From: a virus
DNA: 64,000 nucleotides
IMG/VR virus record: IMGVR_UViG_3300042908_001045
Span: 22,306 to 86,305 of that record
Direction: 5' to 3' (one strand)
Shown here in pieces: positions 59,925 to 64,000 of the stretch (position 1 is the stretch's first letter; the number at the start of each line of letters is the position of its first letter). The notes beneath the pieces are model-generated. The model was given only the letters and a program-made list of their open reading frames with translations. It made no database searches and had not been told where the DNA came from. A program made the translations under genes and the position numbers.

Positions 59925-61820
59925 GAAATATTGGTAAATAATTTTCTGTACCTAGTTCTTCATCTAATTCTCTAATTACTTTAAGTACTTCATCATCACT
60001 AATCGTGTTTTCTAAAACTTTTTTGGCTTCAGAGAGAGGAGGTGTCGTAGAATTAGAGGTTGCTGTTCCTGGTATTTTTTTCTGTAATGATTGTATAAAG
60101 AATAAAGGCCCATCCGCCATTTGAGGTATCCCTGCACTAATTTGCTCTGGCGTATAAGCACTATATTCACTTAATGAATCCAAATCAATCTTATTTGCTT
60201 TTTGCAATCGATATAAAGCTTTCTCTAGTTCTTTTTTATCAATATTTAATTTGTCTTGTAAGTGGAAAATAGGTAAATAATTTTCTGTTCCTAATTGTGT
60301 ATCTAAATCTTCGATAATTTCTAATATTTCATCATCTGTTATATCAATTGCTTTAGATACATTTGAAGCAGCTGTTTTAATTTCTGAGCCTGCTACTTTG
60401 TCTTGATTAGTTTGTTGTGAAGGAGCTATTTTAATTTGAAGACGTTGAAGCAGTAGTGTTTTAGATTCACTGTATTTTCTATTTAAATTTTCAATTACTT
60501 TTGATATTAAGTTTGCTTCTTCTGGTGATTTCATGTTTTTAATTAATTTATCAACAGAAGCAAAAGTATTGTTAGCAAGTTTTTCGTAATTAACCATTAA
60601 CTTGCTAAAGCCTGTCATATCGCTAGACTCAATTAATCTTAGTGCTTCTTCTTGAAAGTCTACTAAACTTTTTTCTTGTTGAGCAAGAATAGCACTAGAA
60701 CTAGATAATGGGTTAGATTTCTTATTAGAAGTTTGTTTTTTAGCTTTAGGTTTTTTCTCTTTTTTAGGTTTAGTTAACTCTAAATTTTGAAAATCTTTTT
60801 TATCTGTATTTAAGGGGTTATCTACGTCTGTACCTACAGGTTTATCTGTTTGCATCAAGAAAAACCATTGATAAATATAATCATCAGGAATTCCTGCATC
60901 AAGCTGTTCAGCAGTATATTGATTTGTTTCTTGTATAGTCCCTAAATCAAGTTTATCAGCTTTTTGTAAACGAAACAAAGCAGCATCTAATTCTTTTCTC
61001 CTAATATGTTTTAATTTATCTCTAAGATGAAATATTGGTAAATAATTTTCTGTACCTAGTTCTTCATCTAATTCTCTAATTACTTTAAGTACTTCATCAT
61101 CACTAATCGTGTTTTCTAAAACTTTTTCAGCTTCAGAGAGAGGAGGTGTCGTAGAATTAGAGGTTGCTGTTCCTGGTATTTTTTTCTGTAATGATTGTAT
61201 AAAGAATAAAGGCCCATCCGCTATTTGAGGTATCCCTGCACTAATTTGCTCTGGCGTATAAGCACTATATTCACTTAACGAATCTAAATCAATCTTATTT
61301 GCTTTTTGCAATCGATATAAAGCTTTCTCTAGTTCTTTCCTGTTAATGTTTAATTTGTCTTGTAGGTGGAAAATAGGTAAATAATTTTCTGTTCCTAGCT
61401 GTATGTCTAAATCTTCAATAATTGCTAATATTTCATCATCTGTTATATCAATTGCTTTAGATACATTTAAAGCAACTGTTTTAATTTCTGAGCCTGCTAC
61501 TTTGTCTTGATTGACTTGCTGTGGAGGAGCTATTTTAATTTGAAGACGCTGGAGTAGTAGTGTCTTAGACTCACTATATTTTCTATTTAAATTTTCAATT
61601 ACTTTTGATATTAAGTTCGCTTCTTCTGGTGATTTTATGTTTTTAACTAACTTATCAACAGAAGCAAAAGTATTGCTAGCAAGTTTTTCGTAATTAACCA
61701 TTAACTTGCTAAAGCCTGCCATATCGCTAGACTCAATCAGTTTTAATGCATCTTCTTGAAAGCCTACTAAATTTTTCTCTTGTTGAGCGAGAATAGCACT
61801 AGAACTAGATAATGGATTAG
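59650..61820 (-). repeat. ~1.1-kb tandem duplication inside the tape measure gene
   Basis: Offset 1104 bp (e.g. 59925 vs 61029); near-identical DNA. Confidence 0.9.
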
Positions 61821-62847
61821 TTTTTTTATTAAGAGTTTGTGTTTGCGAAGGCTGAGAGATGTTTTTAGCTTTAGTCTTTGATTTTGTAAATTGGCTCTTG
61901 GCTGCTGTTATTTTAGTTTTTTGTTCAGCTGTAGCAAATGTTTTTAGGCTATCTAGTTCTTTATGTAATTGTCCAATAAAAGCATTATATTGTTCAATAG
62001 AAATAGTTTGTAACTGTATTTGGTTAAAATACTCTTGCTGCTCTTTTTTAAGAGTTTCAATTTGTTGAATTACATTATTTGGACTCTGAAAAGCTGACGC
62101 AACCGCAGAGTTTTTAGTGTTTTTTGTTTTAGAAGTTTTTGTCTTTGGAGTTGACGATTGATTAACAATTTCAGTCGAAGCAACTGTTTCTAAAGAAACC
62201 TCTTTTGCTAAAATTTCTTTAATTTTTTTACCTGCTTTTTTAATTCTGGGTAATTCGTTTTGTATCCCTATTTCTACCCCTTCAACATATTTTTTACCTG
62301 CATCAATTCCAGATGTTGCAGGTGAACGTATACCAAGCTCTGTTTCAACTGCTTTTTTTAGTTTTTTACCTGCTATCTTGCCAACATCATCAATTGTATT
62401 AATTCCAGTTTTTACGCCCTCTAAAAATTGATGTCCAGTCTCTTTACCATCCGTCTTACTACTTGTCCCAGTAGATGATTTTTGACTACTTTTAGTTGTT
62501 TTACTTTCTTTAACGATTAAATCAACTTGTATTGTATTTTTTTGTCTTTTTAACCCAGCTAATTTATAACTTAAATCTGTTAATGCTTTGTCATTTACAA
62601 ATACGGTTAAGGGAGTTTGTTTTAGATACTTGTTAAGATTGTCGATATGTTCTTTCTTTTTGTCTAAATGCTTATTTAATTTATTTAAAGCAGAGTCATC
62701 AACTTTAATAGAAATTTTTTTAAATTTTAAGTTTTGCTCAATCTCTTTAACTGACGACTGAACAGATTTTTTAGCATTAGCTAATGTTTGCTCAAACTTA
62801 TCAGAGTCTAAGGATAATTGAACTATTAATTCACCTAAATTAGCCAT
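59920..62847 (-). CDS. Tape measure protein, N-terminal part (frameshifted from the downstream part)
   Basis: MANLGELIVQLSLD is a typical TMP start at 62847; ELGIRSP motif; 1104-bp tandem duplication whose second copy lacks 13 bp. Confidence 0.85.
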   Translation of the reverse strand: MANLGELIVQLSLDSDKFEQTLANAKKSVQSSVKEIEQNLKFKKISIKVDDSALNKLNKHLDKKKEHIDNLNKYLKQTPLTVFVNDKALTDLSYKLAGLKRQKNTIQVDLIVKESKTTKSSQKSSTGTSSKTDGKETGHQFLEGVKTGINTIDDVGKIAGKKLKKAVETELGIRSPATSGIDAGKKYVEGVEIGIQNELPRIKKAGKKIKEILAKEVSLETVASTEIVNQSSTPKTKTSKTKNTKNSAVASAFQSPNNVIQQIETLKKEQQEYFNQIQLQTISIEQYNAFIGQLHKELDSLKTFATAEQKTKITAAKSQFTKSKTKAKNISQPSQTQTLNKKTNPLSSSSAILAQQEKNLVGFQEDALKLIESSDMAGFSKLMVNYEKLASNTFASVDKLVKNIKSPEEANLISKVIENLNRKYSESKTLLLQRLQIKIAPPQQVNQDKVAGSEIKTVALNVSKAIDITDDEILAIIEDLDIQLGTENYLPIFHLQDKLNINRKELEKALYRLQKANKIDLDSLSEYSAYTPEQISAGIPQIADGPLFFIQSLQKKIPGTATSNSTTPPLSEAEKVLENTISDDEVLKVIRELDEELGTENYLPIFHLRDKLKHIRRKELDAALFRLQKADKLDLGTIQETNQYTAEQLDAGIPDDYIYQWFFLMQTDKPVGTDVDNPLNTDKKDFQNLELTKPKKEKKPKAKKQTSNKKSNPLSSSSAILAQQEKSLVDFQEEALRLIESSDMTGFSKLMVNYEKLANNTFASVDKLIKNMKSPEEANLISKVIENLNRKYSESKTLLLQRLQIKIAPSQQTNQDKVAGSEIKTAASNVSKAIDITDDEILEIIEDLDTQLGTENYLPIFHLQDKLNIDKKELEKALYRLQKANKIDLDSLSEYSAYTPEQISAGIPQMADGPLFFIQSLQKKIPGTATSNSTTPPLSEAKKVLENTISDDEVLKVIRELDEELGTENYLPIFH

Positions 62848-62903
62848 AATTTCACCAATTGTATATATACAATATTGCCAAAACAAAAGCCGTTTATCAA
62901 TAA

Positions 62904-63467
62904 ATGCTATCACAAGAACTCTCCCCACATAGGGGACAGATAATAGGATTAGCGGCGTATTTGAATTTCCGGTTTGCTGCTAGAGACTTCTTATCTGAAG
63001 TATTAGCATACAAGCTAAGAATTAGAGTTGTGTTAAGAGACGGACCGGACATAGGGATAGTGAGATTCAACAAAGATGTAGAAATAATACTAACAGAATA
63101 CATGACGATAAAAGAGATGATAACAGTACCCGACTGGTTTGCAAAAATCAAGAGAAACGCTAGTAAACAGCGTTTCTGGGTGGGAGACGATTATATAGTC
63201 TCCTACTTTTGGAATCCAGAGATAGGGCAAGTAGTGGAATCAATGGACGATCGACGCAACGGACTGAATGCCGTTGATCGCTATAAATCCAAAGAGCTAG
63301 GCAGTGATGAAGCTGCTGTCCTGGCACAAATTCAATTAAGACTTGGCGAGAAAGAAGCCAAGATAGCGGCTAAAACGAGTATTCTGAATGCGTATGATGA
63401 ATACGTGCTTGACAGACAGAAGCGCTCGTTACCTGTTAAGAGCTTTGAAAAATGGGCAGCAAAATAA
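62904..63467 (+). CDS. Hypothetical protein
   Basis: 187-aa ORF divergent from the tape measure gene. Confidence 0.65.
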   Translation: MLSQELSPHRGQIIGLAAYLNFRFAARDFLSEVLAYKLRIRVVLRDGPDIGIVRFNKDVEIILTEYMTIKEMITVPDWFAKIKRNASKQRFWVGDDYIVSYFWNPEIGQVVESMDDRRNGLNAVDRYKSKELGSDEAAVLAQIQLRLGEKEAKIAAKTSILNAYDEYVLDRQKRSLPVKSFEKWAAK

Positions 63468-63523
63468 CCCACCTGACGAGTTCATTTGCAGCGTGAACGA
63501 AACTGCCGAAAGGCAGTCGTGGG
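63468..63523 (+). ncRNA. Hammerhead ribozyme (type I)
   Basis: Stem I CCCAC/GTGGG, core CTGACGA, stem II GTTCAT/GTGAAC, GAAA, stem III CTGCC-GAAA-GGCAG, GTC cleavage triplet (cut 3' of 63518). Confidence 0.9.
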
Positions 63524-63548
63524 AGCTGTTTACACCCACAGGAGGAAG

Positions 63549-63839
63549 ATGAAAGCATTAGAACGCCCACAGCAGTGGCACGCGAATAGGCTGGAATCAT
63601 TCAAAGATAAATTAATTCCATGCTATTCCGTTTCAGTCATCGTCTTAGGAGATGACGAGCTAGAAGAACAAAATAAATACTTTCCAGCCACGAGAGCTGG
63701 ATTAGCATCTGCTCAAGCTGCTAATGGAAGGCATTTATACAAGACTGAGATAGAGGCAAGGTATGTGATGCCGCATGGAATGAGTATGCAATCACCAGAG
63801 TTTGAGAACTGGTGTAGAGAGTGGAGAGTTTTGCTCTAG
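63549..63839 (+). CDS. Hypothetical protein
   Basis: AGGAGG RBS at 63540..63545 supports ATG 63549; the track extension runs through the ribozyme. Confidence 0.65.
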   Translation: MKALERPQQWHANRLESFKDKLIPCYSVSVIVLGDDELEEQNKYFPATRAGLASAQAANGRHLYKTEIEARYVMPHGMSMQSPEFENWCREWRVLL

Positions 63840-63954
63840 AGTTTTGCTGTAAAGCACTTTTTTGTTGATTTGACAAGAAGTTTAAGAGTTAAAAGTTGTA
63901 ATTTGGATTAGCTGTAAAGCACTTTTGTATCCAAAACTTTTTTCTCTAAACTAC

Positions 63955-63983
63955 TTGACGGTAAAATAAAAGTAGTTTATGAT
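63955..63983 (+). promoter_or_regulatory. Sigma70-type promoter for a gene beyond the window
   Basis: CTTGACG-17 nt-TATGAT followed by AAGGAG. Confidence 0.6.
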
Positions 63984-64000
63984 AAAGGAGTAGTTGAGAG

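Noticed and set aside
49433-62068. Plus-strand and alternate-frame ORFs inside the tape measure gene
   Set aside because: Antisense shadows; their repeats just mirror TMP repeats.

Overview
AT-rich (~one-third GC by eye) 64-kb segment of a large tailed (siphovirus-like) phage or phage-plasmid. The host is most likely a cyanobacterium, judged from cyanobacterial-type NrdJ, DnaN, Dcd, ParA and group-3 sigma sequences. The window holds: (i) an early/replication region (nrdJ 3' end, TPR protein, DEDDh exonuclease, small paralogous ORFs, initiator, DnaB, ASCH, ERF, DnaN); (ii) a head module (TerL, portal, minor head, prohead protease, scaffold-fused capsid, head-tail connectors) interrupted by an HNH, an SF2 helicase and an XRE gene; (iii) a scrambled, duplicated lambda-like tail module: four tandem tail-tube paralogs, a frameshifting chaperone, two gpM, gpL/gpK/gpI, gpJ with detached FN3 genes, two fibres and a ~4,550-aa tape measure gene on the opposite strand split by a 13-bp deletion; (iv) a plasmid-like operon of HTH and small membrane proteins ending in an FtsK/TraB-type ATPase. 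No integrase, tRNA, rRNA or CRISPR array was seen. Top leads: eight winged-helix-like cargo domains in the tape measure N-terminus, the FtsK/membrane operon as a possible cell-to-cell DNA spread system, the four-tube tail, a sigma factor fused to an IS1 InsA-like domain, a truncated parA cassette between 32-bp direct repeats, and a hammerhead ribozyme. All family assignments are motif recognition by eye; no database searches were run.
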